DNA of 64,000 bases from an uncultured Gemmatimonadales bacterium (lineage in GTDB: Bacteria; Gemmatimonadota; Gemmatimonadetes; Longimicrobiales; Gaopeijiaceae), in NCBI GenBank assembly GCA_963809895.1, contig CAWELD010000003.1, positions 3,136,001 through 3,200,000 of the forward strand. Direction: 5' to 3'. Below are positions 52,021-63,606 of the stretch, piece by piece (positions within the stretch are counted from its first letter, which is position 1; each line of letters starts with the position of its first letter). The notes beneath the pieces are model-generated. The model made no database searches. It was not told where the DNA came from and saw only the letters and a list, made by a program, of their open reading frames with translations. The position numbers and the translations under genes are program-made.

Positions 52021-52587
52021 TCAGTAGTGGCAGACCGTGCAGTCACGGCTGACGTTTCGTTCCACGTGACAGCTCACGCACCACCCCATCTTGCCCTTGC
52101 CCCACTGGGGGAGGGGCTCCGTGAGCACCGTCTGCTCCTGGATCGGACCGTGGCAGTCCTGACACTGGAGACCCGCCTTGATGTGCCGCATGTGGGGGTA
52201 GTGGACGTGGTCCGCGACCTTGTGGATGCGGACCCACGGGATCTGCTCACCCCGCTCGAAATAGCCCTTCAGCTTGTCCACTTCCTGGGGGTTGGCCGTA
52301 CCCGGGATCATGGTGTGGCACCCCATGCACGTGTAGACCGGAGGAAGCCCCGCATCCACCGAGCGCTCGGCCGAGAAGTGGCAGTACTGGCAGTCGATGT
52401 TGTAGGTCCCCGCGTGGATGTCGTGCGGGAACTGGATGGGCTGGGCCCGGGGGTCCGTGGAGCCGGCGTCGGCGGTGGCCGCCTGACCGGTGTCGGTGCC
52501 CTGGCCCTGCTCCTGGCTCTGGACGAAGGCCAGCGTTCCGGCCGTCGCCAGGACCGCAACGGCCGCAATCATCCAATGGTTCTTCAT
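52021..52587 (-). CDS. actA: Alternative complex III pentaheme cytochrome c ActA
   Basis: Five CxxCH motifs (CQYCH, CMGCH, CQDCH, CVSCH, CTVCH); QPIQFPH. Confidence 0.9.
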   Translation of the reverse strand: MKNHWMIAAVAVLATAGTLAFVQSQEQGQGTDTGQAATADAGSTDPRAQPIQFPHDIHAGTYNIDCQYCHFSAERSVDAGLPPVYTCMGCHTMIPGTANPQEVDKLKGYFERGEQIPWVRIHKVADHVHYPHMRHIKAGLQCQDCHGPIQEQTVLTEPLPQWGKGKMGWCVSCHVERNVSRDCTVCHY

Positions 52588-52680
52588 AGCGCCCTGACGC
52601 CCGTGTCGAGGGGTTCAAAACGGAGGTGCACCCAAGCTCGGCAGGAGCCTCGCTTGTGATCCCGTGGTGCAAGCCGAACG

Positions 52681-52709
52681 AAGGTAGACGGGGCGATTCC
52701 GGGTGTCAA
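52681..52709 (-). promoter_or_regulatory. Sigma70-type promoter for the act operon
   Basis: Minus strand TTGACA, 17 bp spacer, TACCTT, about 95 bp upstream of the actA ATG. Confidence 0.6.
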
Positions 52710-52828
52710 CGCGTCGTGAGGCCGCTCTGGAGGACCCTTTCCAGCGTTCCGGGTGTTATAGTTCGACCTCCTCCGTGACCTCGCCGCGCCCCCCTCGTCC
52801 ACCCGTATTCCCGCAACCTGGGAGGGTC

Positions 52829-53799
<971 letters not shown>

Positions 53800-53803
<4 letters not shown>

Positions 53804-54849
53804 GACGGCTCCGCGCCGCCTGGGCCCGCATGCGGGCCTGGCGCCGCATCCGCTTCACCACCGCGGGCTCCGTGTTCACGGCCGGCGCGCTGGCCGTGGG
53901 CTTCGCCGCCATCAACACCGGCAACAACCTCCTCTATCTCCTGCTCGGCGCCATGCTGGGCGCCATGGCCGTGAGCGGCTGGCTTTCGGAGCAGACCATC
54001 CGCGACGTGCACGTGAGCCGGAGCGTGCCCCGGGGCACGGCCGCCGGCCAGGAAGTCCGGATCCGCTACCATGTGCGCAACAGGAAGCGTCGCCTTTCGA
54101 CCCTGGCGTTGGAGATCGGCGAGAACGGACTGCCCGGCTCGGCCTTCGTCGACCGCATCCCCCCGCAGGGCACTCGCGAGGTACGCGCGGTCAACACCTT
54201 CGAGCGCCGGGGCGTGTACCCGCTGGAAGCCGTCACCCTCTCCACCGACTTCCCCTTCGGCCTCTTCCGCAAGGAGCGCGATCTGCGCGCCCCCGGCGAG
54301 CTGGTGATCTGGCCGGTCACCGACCGTCCGGTGCGGGCACCGCTCCCCGGTAGCGGCCGACGCCGCTCGCGCCTGGCCCCCATGACCACCGCGGGTCCCG
54401 GGGGGCGCGGCGAGTACCGTGGACTCAGGGCGTACCGGCCCGGCGACGAGCCCCGGGACATCCACTGGCGCACCTCGGCCCGCGTCGACGCGCCGGTGGT
54501 GCGCGTGTACGAGCGCGACGCGTCGGAAACCCTCTGGATCTGCCTGGACCTGGGCGCCGAGCCCGGCCAGGCCGCCGAGGTGACGGTGGAAATCGCCGCG
54601 GCGCTGGCCGCCCGTGCGGCGGACGAGGGCAAGCGCTTCGCCCTGGTGGCCGGCGAGGGCTTCCTGCCACCCGGCACCGGAGCGGCCCACCTGGAGGCCG
54701 CCCTCGAGCGGCTGGCCCGGGTGGATTTCCGGCCGGGCACGCCGCCCCCGTCGCCGCCCATCGAGCGTGTCGCCTGCGTGCTGGTCTCGGTGAGCGGCCG
54801 CGACGGAGCCGCCTACGCCGACGTCTACCGGCCGGGGGCCGACGCGTGA
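53800..54849 (+). CDS. DUF58 domain protein
   Basis: AAINTGNNLLY, FPFGLF, LRAYRPGD..RDIHWRTSAR; follows moxR. Confidence 0.9.
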
Positions 54850-56849
54850 GCCTGGACCGCACGCACCGTCGCCTGAGCGTGGCGCTGGCGCTGAGCGCGC
54901 TGGCCGCCTTCTCCGGAGGCGCCGGCTTCGAGCCCGTGGGCGGCCTGCTGGCCGCGGTCCTGCTCCTGGCCATCCTGGTGCGTCCGCCCAACGCCCGGGT
55001 CGCACGGGTCGCGGAGCGGATCCTCGGCCCTCTGGCCGCCCTCCTCGTGCTCCGGGTGCTGGTCCACATCTTCGTGTTGGGCGGCGATGTCGTGATGCCC
55101 GTGGTGGACCTGCTGCTGTTGCTGCTGTGCGGCGAGTGCATGCGGGCGCCGGAGTCGAAGAACGAGGTGCGCATCTACGCCCTGGCGTTCGCTCTCCTGC
55201 TGGCGGCCACCGCCTACCGCCCCGGCGTGCTCTTCGCCCTGGCCTTCGTGGTCTTCGTGGCCCTGGCGTCGGTGACCGTGCCCGTGGGACTGCTGCGCCG
55301 GAAGGCCGAGCGCTTCGGGCTGCGAGAGGTGAAGCTGGACCGGGCGTTCGTGGGCACCAGCCTGGCGTTGTCGCTGGTCACCCTGGGGGCCAGCGCGGTG
55401 GTCTTCCTGGCGTTTCCCAGGGTGTCCCGTGCCGGACCCGGCGGCGCCGATCGCATGGCCCGCTCCGTGGCGGGGTTCTCGGACCAGATCTCCATCGGCG
55501 AGCACGGCTCGCGCATCTACGCCAATCCCGAGATCGTGCTGCGGGTGGAGTTTCCCGACGGGCGGCCGCTGGACTTCCTCTCCTTCCACTGGCGAGGTCG
55601 TTCGTACGATCGCTTCGACGGCGTGCGCTGGCACCGCACCCGGGGGATCCGCCCGTCGGCCGCGCCCCCGCGCTGGTACGACGACCGCTGGCCCGGCCCG
55701 CGCATCCGCCAGGAGATCTGGGCGGCGCCGCTGGACGTGCGCGTGCTGTTCGCGCTGCACCCGGTGGTGGAGCTGGACACGCGCCCGGGCCTCCGTCCCC
55801 TCATGGACAACGTGGGCGACCTGTCGTACTGGGGATCGAGCACCCCCGCCTACACCGCCGTCTCGGTGGTGGGCCGTCCGCGGCCCGACTCGCTGCGCGC
55901 CGCCGACGGGGGATTCGGTCCCGACCGCGCCCGCTACCTGCAGCTCCCCGAGCTTCCGGCGCGCATCCACGCGCTGGCCGACTCCCTGACCCGCGACCAG
56001 CCCACGCGCTACGACAAGGTGGTGGCGGTGGAGCGCTACCTGCGGAGCTTCCGCTACACCCGCGAGCTTCCGCGTACCGCCGAGCAGACCTCGCTCGACT
56101 ACTTCCTCTTCGAGCGCAAGGCGGGGCACTGCGAGTACTTCAGCACGGCCATGGTGGTGCTGCTTCGCGAGGCCGGCATCACCGCCCGCAACGTGAACGG
56201 CTTTCTCGGGGGACGCTGGAACGAGGTGGGGGCCTACCTGGCCGTCACCCAGAACGAGGCCCATTCGTGGGTCGAGGTGTGGTTCCCCGAGTACGGGTGG
56301 GTGACCTTCGATCCCACCCCCTCGGGCGATACGGCGGGCACCGAGGCCACCGCCTGGTTCTGGCCCGGGCGCTTCCTGCTGGACGGGCTGCAGCACCGCT
56401 GGAGCAAGTGGATCCTGGACTACTCGCTCACCGAGCAGACCAGCGCCTTCCGGACGCTGCGGCGCTGGCTCACTCCGGACCGGCCCCAGGAGCTGGGGGG
56501 GCCCGGCTCCTGGATGAACGACACCCGGATCTGGCTCGGACTCCTGGCGCTCATGGTGGGGCTGGCCGCCCTCCGCTGGCTGCGGCTGCGGGCCCGGCGG
56601 CGTCCCGAGTCCGTGGCCTACCGGAAGGCCCTGCGGCTGGCCCGCCGCGCCGGCATCGTCGAGGGAGGGCAGGTCGCGCCCCTGGCGCTGTTGAGGCGGA
56701 TCCGGACCCGGGCGCCGGCGGCGGCCCCGGCGGCGGAGACGCTGGTGGAGCTCTACCTGGAGGCCCGCTTCTCGGGCCGGCCGCCTCCGCCCGACCTGCG
56801 CTCGTCCATGGGCTCGGCGCTGTCCGGCCTGAGGCGCGCCCTCCGCTGA
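54846..56849 (+). CDS. Transglutaminase TgpA-like membrane protein (DUF3488 plus transglutaminase core)
   Basis: N-terminal TM bundle; GHCEYFSTAM, AHSWVEVWF, FDPTP catalytic Cys-His-Asp. Confidence 0.9.
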   Translation: MSLDRTHRRLSVALALSALAAFSGGAGFEPVGGLLAAVLLLAILVRPPNARVARVAERILGPLAALLVLRVLVHIFVLGGDVVMPVVDLLLLLLCGECMRAPESKNEVRIYALAFALLLAATAYRPGVLFALAFVVFVALASVTVPVGLLRRKAERFGLREVKLDRAFVGTSLALSLVTLGASAVVFLAFPRVSRAGPGGADRMARSVAGFSDQISIGEHGSRIYANPEIVLRVEFPDGRPLDFLSFHWRGRSYDRFDGVRWHRTRGIRPSAAPPRWYDDRWPGPRIRQEIWAAPLDVRVLFALHPVVELDTRPGLRPLMDNVGDLSYWGSSTPAYTAVSVVGRPRPDSLRAADGGFGPDRARYLQLPELPARIHALADSLTRDQPTRYDKVVAVERYLRSFRYTRELPRTAEQTSLDYFLFERKAGHCEYFSTAMVVLLREAGITARNVNGFLGGRWNEVGAYLAVTQNEAHSWVEVWFPEYGWVTFDPTPSGDTAGTEATAWFWPGRFLLDGLQHRWSKWILDYSLTEQTSAFRTLRRWLTPDRPQELGGPGSWMNDTRIWLGLLALMVGLAALRWLRLRARRRPESVAYRKALRLARRAGIVEGGQVAPLALLRRIRTRAPAAAPAAETLVELYLEARFSGRPPPPDLRSSMGSALSGLRRALR

Positions 56850-56949
56850 GCGGACCAGCGGACGGCCGCGGGCGGGGCAGCCGTTGCACCGGAACCCGCC
56901 GCGGGACATCCTGAAGCACGAAGTCCCCATTCCACGCCGACGCCACGCC

Positions 56950-57711
56950 ATGCCACACGGCCATCCCTGGGGCACCCACGCCCTTCCCGAGCACGAGGAC
57001 CTGGTTCTAGCGCTGGGTCCCACCGAGATCCGCCTGCGCCGCCAGGAGGGGGAGCTCCGCGCCCGCGTCACCCGCGAGGGATCGGTGCCCGACGAGGACG
57101 AGGGCTGGACCCGCTGGGCCGCCGGCGACCTGGAGAGGGTGGCCGTGGAGCCCGTCTTTCCGGACCGGCCCCTGGTGGTGGAGCCCGAGGTGCCGTTCTG
57201 GCTGTTGGGCGGCGGCGATGCCCGCATCTACGTGCGCGTGCCGCTGTGGCTGCACCTCGAGGGACTGGGTCGCGCGCGCCATTCGCTGCTCCGGGTCCCC
57301 AGCATGGCGCTGTCCGACACCTGGTGGGGGACCCCGGAAGAGGGCGAGCTCTGCTACTGGCTGGGCACGCACGCGCGCCGCGCCATCGCGCCGGAGCTCT
57401 ACCAGCCCCACCTGGCCATCTGCCCGCTCCAGCTCGTGAACCGGGCCGAGGAGGACCTGCACGTGGACAAGATCGCGCTGCGGGTGGCCTTCCTGTCGCT
57501 CTACCAGTACGGCGAGGCGCTGTGGGCCGACGAGACCCGGGTGCTCTACCTGGGCGAGGACGAGGGTAGTCGCCTGGAGATGGCGGGGCGGGCGCCCACC
57601 GAGGCGCCGGGCGCCGGACGCATCACGCCCCCGGCCGAGCCCATGAGCCGGGGATTCCGGGCCCGGACCTTCCGGCGCCTGCGCCACCTCACGGGAGGAC
57701 TCTTCGGATGA
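56950..57711 (+). CDS. DUF432-like protein
   Basis: PDRPLVV, LSDTWWG..EEGELCY; overlaps the mscS start. Family call is from recollection. Confidence 0.6.
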   Translation: MPHGHPWGTHALPEHEDLVLALGPTEIRLRRQEGELRARVTREGSVPDEDEGWTRWAAGDLERVAVEPVFPDRPLVVEPEVPFWLLGGGDARIYVRVPLWLHLEGLGRARHSLLRVPSMALSDTWWGTPEEGELCYWLGTHARRAIAPELYQPHLAICPLQLVNRAEEDLHVDKIALRVAFLSLYQYGEALWADETRVLYLGEDEGSRLEMAGRAPTEAPGAGRITPPAEPMSRGFRARTFRRLRHLTGGLFG

Positions 57712-58601
57712 GCGCCGTGGCCGGCGTTCTCGCGGCGCTGCAGCAGGCGAGCACCGGCGACGGTGGGAGCTGGGTGGACAACCTCCGGTTCGCCGATCCC
57801 GCCTCGGTCCTGCGCGCGCTGGCCTTTCTGGTGGTGGGGCTTCCGGTGGCGCTGCTCCTGTCCAAGTGGATCCGGGCCTGGGTGGTGCAGCAGTCCAACC
57901 CGCAGCGCGGGCTCGTCATCGGCAAGCTGATCTGGTACGTGGGGCTGGCCATCATCATCGTGTCGACGCTGAACGAGCTGGGCTTCAGCCTGGCGCCGCT
58001 CCTGGGCGCCGCCGGCATCCTGGGCATCGCACTGGGCTTCGCGTCGCAGACCTCGGTGTCCAACGTCATCAGTGGCTTCTTCCTCATGGCGGAGCAGCCC
58101 TTCGTCGTCGACGACGTCATCCAGGTGGGCGACACCGTGGGGCGCGTCCTCTCCATCGACATGATCTCGGTGAAGCTCCGCACCTTCGACAACCGCTTCA
58201 TCCGCATCCCCAACGAGACCATCGTCAAGAGCCAGGTCACCACCATCACGCGCTTTCCGATCCGCCGCGTGGACGTGCGCGTCGGCGTGGCGTACAAGGA
58301 GGACCTGGCCCGGGTGCGGGAAGTGCTCCTGCAGGTGGCCGACGCCAACCCACGCTGCCTCATGGAGCCCGAGCCGCAGGTGATGTTCCAGGGCTACGGG
58401 GAGTCGTCGCTGGACTTCCTGTTCGCCGTGTGGGCCACGCGCGAGAACTGGCTGCAGCTCAAGAACTCGATCCACGAAGAGATCAAGACGCGCTTCGACG
58501 AGGAGGGCATCGAGATCCCCTTCCCGCACCGGACGCTGTACGCCGGCAGCGTCACCGATCCCTTCCCCGTGCGGGTGGTGGAGGACACGCCGAAGGAGTG
58601 A
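57708..58601 (+). CDS. mscS: Small-conductance mechanosensitive channel
   Basis: GAAGILGIALGFASQ..SNVISG, PF.V.D.I, RIPNE, GIEIPFP. Confidence 0.92.
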   Translation: MSAVAGVLAALQQASTGDGGSWVDNLRFADPASVLRALAFLVVGLPVALLLSKWIRAWVVQQSNPQRGLVIGKLIWYVGLAIIIVSTLNELGFSLAPLLGAAGILGIALGFASQTSVSNVISGFFLMAEQPFVVDDVIQVGDTVGRVLSIDMISVKLRTFDNRFIRIPNETIVKSQVTTITRFPIRRVDVRVGVAYKEDLARVREVLLQVADANPRCLMEPEPQVMFQGYGESSLDFLFAVWATRENWLQLKNSIHEEIKTRFDEEGIEIPFPHRTLYAGSVTDPFPVRVVEDTPKE

Positions 58602-58748
58602 GATGGCGGGGTCAGCGCGCCCCGGCGTGGTAGCCGGGCGCCGGGCGTCACACTAGAGACGCGGACGGCGCCGTGCTACTGTAGAGGCGGCAGGCCGCAG
58701 GCGTCCGGCGCCCGAGCCCGCCTCAGTCCCGTCGCAGCCCGAACGCCC

Positions 58749-59060
58749 ATGTCCGACGAAACCACCCCTCCCGCCGACGCCGAGTCCCACGGCCCTCCTT
58801 CCCAGGGACACCACCTGGCCACCGTGAGCCAGGGGGGCCGCTTCTGGGACGTGTACGTGGAGTTCGACGACGATCCGCGCCGACAGGACTCGTACGGCGC
58901 GCTGCTGTGCTTCTCGCCCGCCGACTCGGAAGACGGCGCCGGCACGGTGCGCACGGCGACCATCCTCATCGAGCCCTCGTACGAAGAGATCCTGTACCGG
59001 GCCCGGAGCTTCGAGGACCACCAGCTCGTGGGGCTGCTGCGCTCCTGCCTGCCGGACTGA
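58749..59060 (+). CDS. Hypothetical protein
   Basis: Stand-alone ORF with coding-like composition, ending LLRSCLPD. Confidence 0.6.
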   Translation: MSDETTPPADAESHGPPSQGHHLATVSQGGRFWDVYVEFDDDPRRQDSYGALLCFSPADSEDGAGTVRTATILIEPSYEEILYRARSFEDHQLVGLLRSCLPD

Positions 59061-59097
59061 ATCCGGACCGGGTCCAACCGGCGCCCGGGCCGGAGCC

Positions 59098-60336
59098 CTA
59101 CGCTTCGCGCACCCAGCGCACCAGCTCGGGCAGCGTGGGACGCTTGCCCGACATGAGGATCCCCACCTTGTAGATGCGTCCGGCCACCCAGGCCACGGCC
59201 ACCACCGTCAGCGCCATGAGCACCACGCTGAGCCCCACCTGCCAGAGCGGGGCGGCGCCGATGGACGCCCGGGCGAACATGAGCACCGGGCTGAAGAAGG
59301 GGATCAACGAGAGCGTCACCGACATGCCGCTGTTGGGCTCCTTGATGATCTGCGTCACGAAGACGATGGGGATGATGAGCAGCATCATCACCGGGAGCTG
59401 CGCCTGCTGGGTCTCCTCTTCGGAGTTGCACATGGCGCCCACGGCGGCGTAGGTGCCCGAGAAGATGAAGTAGCCGCCCAGGAAGTAGATGAGGAAGTAG
59501 ACCATGTAGCTCATCCCGGGCAGCACGGCGGCGAAGTCCGACATCTCGCCCAGCTCCGGCCGCGCCGCCAGCAGCATCGGCACCCCGGCGCTGGCGATGA
59601 CGATGCCCGACGCCACCCAGATGCCGAGCTGCGTCAGCCCCACGGCGCCCACCCCCAGGATCTTGCCCAGCATGAGGTCGAAGGGCCGCATGCTGGAGAG
59701 CACCACCTCCACCACCCGGCTGGTCTTTTCCTCCAGCACCGAGCGCATGATGGAGACCGCGTACAGGAGGATCACCATGTAGAGCAGGAAGGCCCCGATG
59801 TAGGCGCGCGCGAAGCCCGCCTCGTCCTGGGCACCGTTGTCGGACAGGACGGTGAGCACCAGGTCGCCGCCGGCCAGGAGGCTCCGCACCTCGTCGGTGT
59901 CGGCCTGGAGCCGGGCCTCCAGCGCGCTCTGCACCACCGCCTGCCGCAACGTGAGCATGCGGATGGCCGAGGGACTGCTCTCGGCGTGGAGCTCGGCCCG
60001 GCCCCGGGCCAGCGTCTGGTCGGAGAGCACCAGGTAGCCGCCCAGATCGCCGTCGCGGATGCTCTGCTCCAGCGAGGCCTCGTCGCCCGCCGAGGCCTGC
60101 TCCACCGTGTAGCCACCGTCTTCCAGCCGGGGCGCCAGCCGCCCGTAGAGCACCCCGGTCTGGTCCACCACGGCCAGCGTGCGGTCCACCTGCTGGCCCC
60201 GCGACTGCATGAGCGCCGGCACCACGATCAGGCCCAGCAGGAAGAGGGGGCCCGCCACCGTGGCGAACACGAACCAGCGCGAACGCACGCGCTGCAGATA
60301 CTCGCGGCGGATCACCGCACCGACCACGCTGCTCAT
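59098..60336 (-). CDS. ABC-2 type transporter permease (NatB-like)
   Basis: IRREYLQRVRS, EEKTSRVVEVVLSS, GKILG, IPFFSPVLM; overlaps the ATPase stop. Confidence 0.9.
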   Translation of the reverse strand: MSSVVGAVIRREYLQRVRSRWFVFATVAGPLFLLGLIVVPALMQSRGQQVDRTLAVVDQTGVLYGRLAPRLEDGGYTVEQASAGDEASLEQSIRDGDLGGYLVLSDQTLARGRAELHAESSPSAIRMLTLRQAVVQSALEARLQADTDEVRSLLAGGDLVLTVLSDNGAQDEAGFARAYIGAFLLYMVILLYAVSIMRSVLEEKTSRVVEVVLSSMRPFDLMLGKILGVGAVGLTQLGIWVASGIVIASAGVPMLLAARPELGEMSDFAAVLPGMSYMVYFLIYFLGGYFIFSGTYAAVGAMCNSEEETQQAQLPVMMLLIIPIVFVTQIIKEPNSGMSVTLSLIPFFSPVLMFARASIGAAPLWQVGLSVVLMALTVVAVAWVAGRIYKVGILMSGKRPTLPELVRWVREA

Positions 60337-61295
60337 GACACACCTCCCGCCGCCGCGGCTTCCAGGGGCACACCGGCGGCCTCGGCGGCCTCCGTCCCGG
60401 CATGGCGCACGAAGATCTCGTGCAAGCGGGGCTCCACCATCTCGAAGCGCCGGATGCGCACGCCCGCGTCCACGGCGCGGCGCAGGATCGCCTGGGGATC
60501 GGCGTCGTCGGAAAGCAGGAGATGCACCGCCTCGCCCACGTGATCCCGGCTGAGCACGTCGGGGCCGTCGAGCCAGGCGTCCGGACCCTCGAAGACCACC
60601 GCCAGCACGCCCTTGCGCTCGGCCTTCTTGATCTCGCGCAGGTCGCCGTCCAGCACCTTCTTGGCCCGGCTGATGAGGCAGACGCGCTCGCACAGGCGCT
60701 CGGCCTGATCCATGAGATGCGTGGAGAAGAGGATGGTGGTGCCGCGCTCGTGGAAGTCCAGGATGATCTCCTCGAGCACGTCCTGGTTGATGGGATCCAG
60801 CCCGCTGAAGGGCTCGTCCAGGATGAGCAGGTCCGGCTCGTGCAGGACCGTGGCGATGAACTGGACCTTCTGCTGCATCCCCTTGGACAGGTCCTCGGCC
60901 CTCTTCTGCTCGGTGTCGCCCAGCCCCAGGCGCTCGAGCCAGGCACCGGCGCGCTTGCGGCCCTCGCTCCGGGCCACGCCCCGGATCTCGGCCAGGAAGG
61001 TGAGCAGGTCCAGCACCTTCATCTTCTTGTAGATGCCCCGCTCTTCGGGCAGATAGCCCACGTGGTGGCGCCGCGTCTCCTCGGGATCGCCGCCGAACAG
61101 GTCCACGGCACCCTCGTCGGGGTGGAGAATCCCCATGATCATGCGAATGGAGGTCGTCTTGCCCGAGCCGTTGGGTCCCAGGAGCCCGTAGAGGCTGCCC
61201 CGGGGGATCTCCAGGTCGAGATGGTCCACCGCCGTGTGCTTGCCGAAGCGCTTGGTGACGCCACGGAGTCGAACGGCGACATCGTGCTCGCTCAT
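60333..61295 (-). CDS. ABC transporter ATP-binding protein
   Basis: GPNGSGKT, LSKGMQQK, ILDEPFSGLDP, STH. Confidence 0.93.
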   Translation of the reverse strand: MSEHDVAVRLRGVTKRFGKHTAVDHLDLEIPRGSLYGLLGPNGSGKTTSIRMIMGILHPDEGAVDLFGGDPEETRRHHVGYLPEERGIYKKMKVLDLLTFLAEIRGVARSEGRKRAGAWLERLGLGDTEQKRAEDLSKGMQQKVQFIATVLHEPDLLILDEPFSGLDPINQDVLEEIILDFHERGTTILFSTHLMDQAERLCERVCLISRAKKVLDGDLREIKKAERKGVLAVVFEGPDAWLDGPDVLSRDHVGEAVHLLLSDDADPQAILRRAVDAGVRIRRFEMVEPRLHEIFVRHAGTEAAEAAGVPLEAAAAGGVS

Positions 61296-61415
61296 GCGGG
61301 TCTCTCGGGTACGGGTGTGGGAGTCGGGGGATCGCGGGTCGGCAGCGCGAGTCCGGTGTCGTGTACGGATCAGGGCGGCGGAGCCTTCATCGAGCCCTCC
61401 TGGGGTCCTCCGTCA

Positions 61416-61443
61416 TTGCCGCATGTGGAAAACCTCATAGATT
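61416..61443 (+). promoter_or_regulatory. Possible sigma70-type promoter
   Basis: TTGCCG, 16 bp spacer, TAGATT in an AT-richer patch; AGGAGG RBS precedes the ATG at 61481. Confidence 0.35.
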
Positions 61444-61480
61444 CAGTGTTCTCGGGAAACTGTAGAACTCAGGAGGCTGA

Positions 61481-61675
61481 ATGGCCATCTACCGGACGCT
61501 CTATTACGGGGACGTCAACGTCGGCGTCGGCGGTCGGATCACCATCCCGCAGGATATGCGAGACGATCTCCGAATCGAAGAAGGCGACAACCTCACGGTC
61601 CGGGTCGAGGAGAATCCGAACGGCATCCGTCAGATGGTCATCTGGCGAGCCGAGCAGCAACCCGAGGACGAATAG
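61481..61675 (+). CDS. AbrB/MazE/SpoVT family DNA-binding protein
   Basis: GRITIPQDMRDDLRIEEGDNL swapped-hairpin motif; strong RBS. Confidence 0.88.
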   Translation: MAIYRTLYYGDVNVGVGGRITIPQDMRDDLRIEEGDNLTVRVEENPNGIRQMVIWRAEQQPEDE

Positions 61676-61681
61676 TCGTCC

Positions 61682-62194
61682 ATGGCTCCCCTCGTCCGGG
61701 TCGAGGAGGGGGACATCGCCACGTTCCGCGGCGACGCCGTCGTGAACGCGGCCAACAACCATTTGCGCCTGGGCGCCGGCGTGGCCGGAGCCATCGCGCA
61801 GGCGGGCGGCCCCGCCATCCAGGCGGAGTGTGACGAGCACATCCGACGGCACGGTCCTCTCCCGGTGGGCGACGCCGCCATCACCGGCGCCGGGAATCTC
61901 CCGGTGCGCTGGGTGATCCACGCCGCGGCCATGGGTGACGAGCCCGCGTCGGAGGCCTCCATCCGCGGCTCCACGCGCCGCTCCCTGGAGCTCGCCGCCG
62001 AGCACGACATCCGGAGCCTGGCCTTCCCGGTCCTGGGCACCGGCGTCGCGGGCTTCCCCTTCGACGCGTCGGCCCGGGCCATGCTGGAAGAGGTGCACGC
62101 CCACGGCGCCACCGCCGAGCTGCCGGAGACGGTGGTGTTCTACGGCTACGGCCCGGACCAGGCCGCCGCGCTCCGGCGCATCATCGCCGGCTGA
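61682..62194 (+). CDS. Macro domain (ADP-ribose binding/hydrolase) protein
   Basis: GDIA...DAVVNAAN..L..GAGVAGAI, VIHAA, SLAFPVLGTGVAG. Confidence 0.92.
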   Translation: MAPLVRVEEGDIATFRGDAVVNAANNHLRLGAGVAGAIAQAGGPAIQAECDEHIRRHGPLPVGDAAITGAGNLPVRWVIHAAAMGDEPASEASIRGSTRRSLELAAEHDIRSLAFPVLGTGVAGFPFDASARAMLEEVHAHGATAELPETVVFYGYGPDQAAALRRIIAG

Positions 62195-62236
62195 GTCACG
62201 CGGGGCCCCTCCGTCGCGGTGCGACTCCACCCGGCG

Positions 62237-63606
62237 TCACCGGGACGCATCCGCCGACCATTCCACCGTGCGGGCCAGACGCCGTAGCGGCCCCTGCCCG
62301 TCGTGCAGCCACCACGCCGGCGGGAACGGGATCTCGGCCAGGGGCGCCACCCGGGAGCCTCCGGCCCGGGCCACCACCTCGGCCAGGCGGGTCTCGTCGT
62401 CGCCGTCCAGTCCCGCCACCCCCACGCTCTGCAGGTGGCGGGCGGCCGGCGCCAGGACCCGGGCCAGCGCCTCCACCGAGGGGACCGGCGTCAGGTGGAT
62501 GGTGCGTACGAGGCAGGAGGGCCTCAGCTGCCGCGCCGGATCCAGCACCACGGTCCAGGTCAGGCCCTCGCCGGTGAGGAGCGTGACCCCTTCGCCCGCG
62601 GCGGCACGCAGCTCGGCGGTGCCACGGAGCTGTTGGACCGCCGCGGCTTCGCCCGGCTCGGGCCCAACCGGCGGCAGGGTGAGCGCCGCCCGCTCCAGCG
62701 CATCGGCCAGGTGGCGGGCGAAAGCCCGGGCCGTGTCGGCGTCGGCTCCGACCAGGAAGGCCTGCTGCGGACAGACGCAGCCCCGTTGATCGAAGCTGGA
62801 CACGGCGGTGGCCAGGGCATCGGCGGCACCCGGGTCCGCGAACGCGCCGGCGCCCAGCACGGCCACGCTGACGCGGTGGGCGTAGGGCACCACCTGCACG
62901 CTTCCGGACAGGCGGCTCCGCACCGAGCGCACCGTGTCGTCGCTGCCGTAGATCACCACCTGATCCGCCGCGGCCAGCACCCGGCTCTCCAGCGCCTCGG
63001 CGTCCTCGCTCCCCCGGGCCAGTAGAGCACCGCGGCAGCCGCGGACAGCCGCCGGCCCACCTGGCCGGCGTCGGCCAGGGCCCGCTGGAACAGGACCGGC
63101 AACACCACGTCGCCGGCCCCGGGTTTGAGCAGCACCGCGCCCTTGAGGAGCAGCCCGCGCACGAGCGAGGTGACCGACACGCCGGGCACGGTGCCGCTGC
63201 ACAGGTGGACCGAGAGCTCGGGTCCCAGCACCCGCAGCCGCCGCGAGGCCCCAGCGCCGGCGCGCGCAGGCATGTCGCGAAAGCCGTCCAGTACGCCCGG
63301 ATCGTGGAACTCCTCCCGGAGCAGTCGCTGGAGCCGCTCACGGGTCCAGTCCCTCGCCATGCCGTCCAGGATGTAGCGGACCTGCGGCGCCGACATGCCC
63401 GCGTGGGCCGGCAGGAGCTCCAGGGCGCGCCGGCGAAGCGGATCGGCGGGATCGACGAAACGCTCGCCCACCCGGCCCAGCGCCTCCGCCACCTGCGCCA
63501 CCGGCACGTCCCGGAGCGCGGCCGCACCCTGGCGGAGATCCGCGAGCAGCCCCTCGAGCTCGGCGGGCGTGGGCAGGGGCCCGGCGTCGAACGTGGGTTC
63601 GCTCAC
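62237..63606 (-). CDS. LuxC-like acyl-CoA reductase (frameshift at ~63020)
   Basis: GPELSVHLCSGTVPGVS, LLKP, YWPGG, then VVIYGSDDTV, FDQRGCVCPQ (catalytic Cys), LQSVG, HDG..PLRRL. Confidence 0.85.

Noticed and set aside
52059..52072. Partial parS-like GTTCCACGTGACAG
   Set aside because: Only one arm matches, and it is explained by the heme-motif codons (CHVE) of actA.
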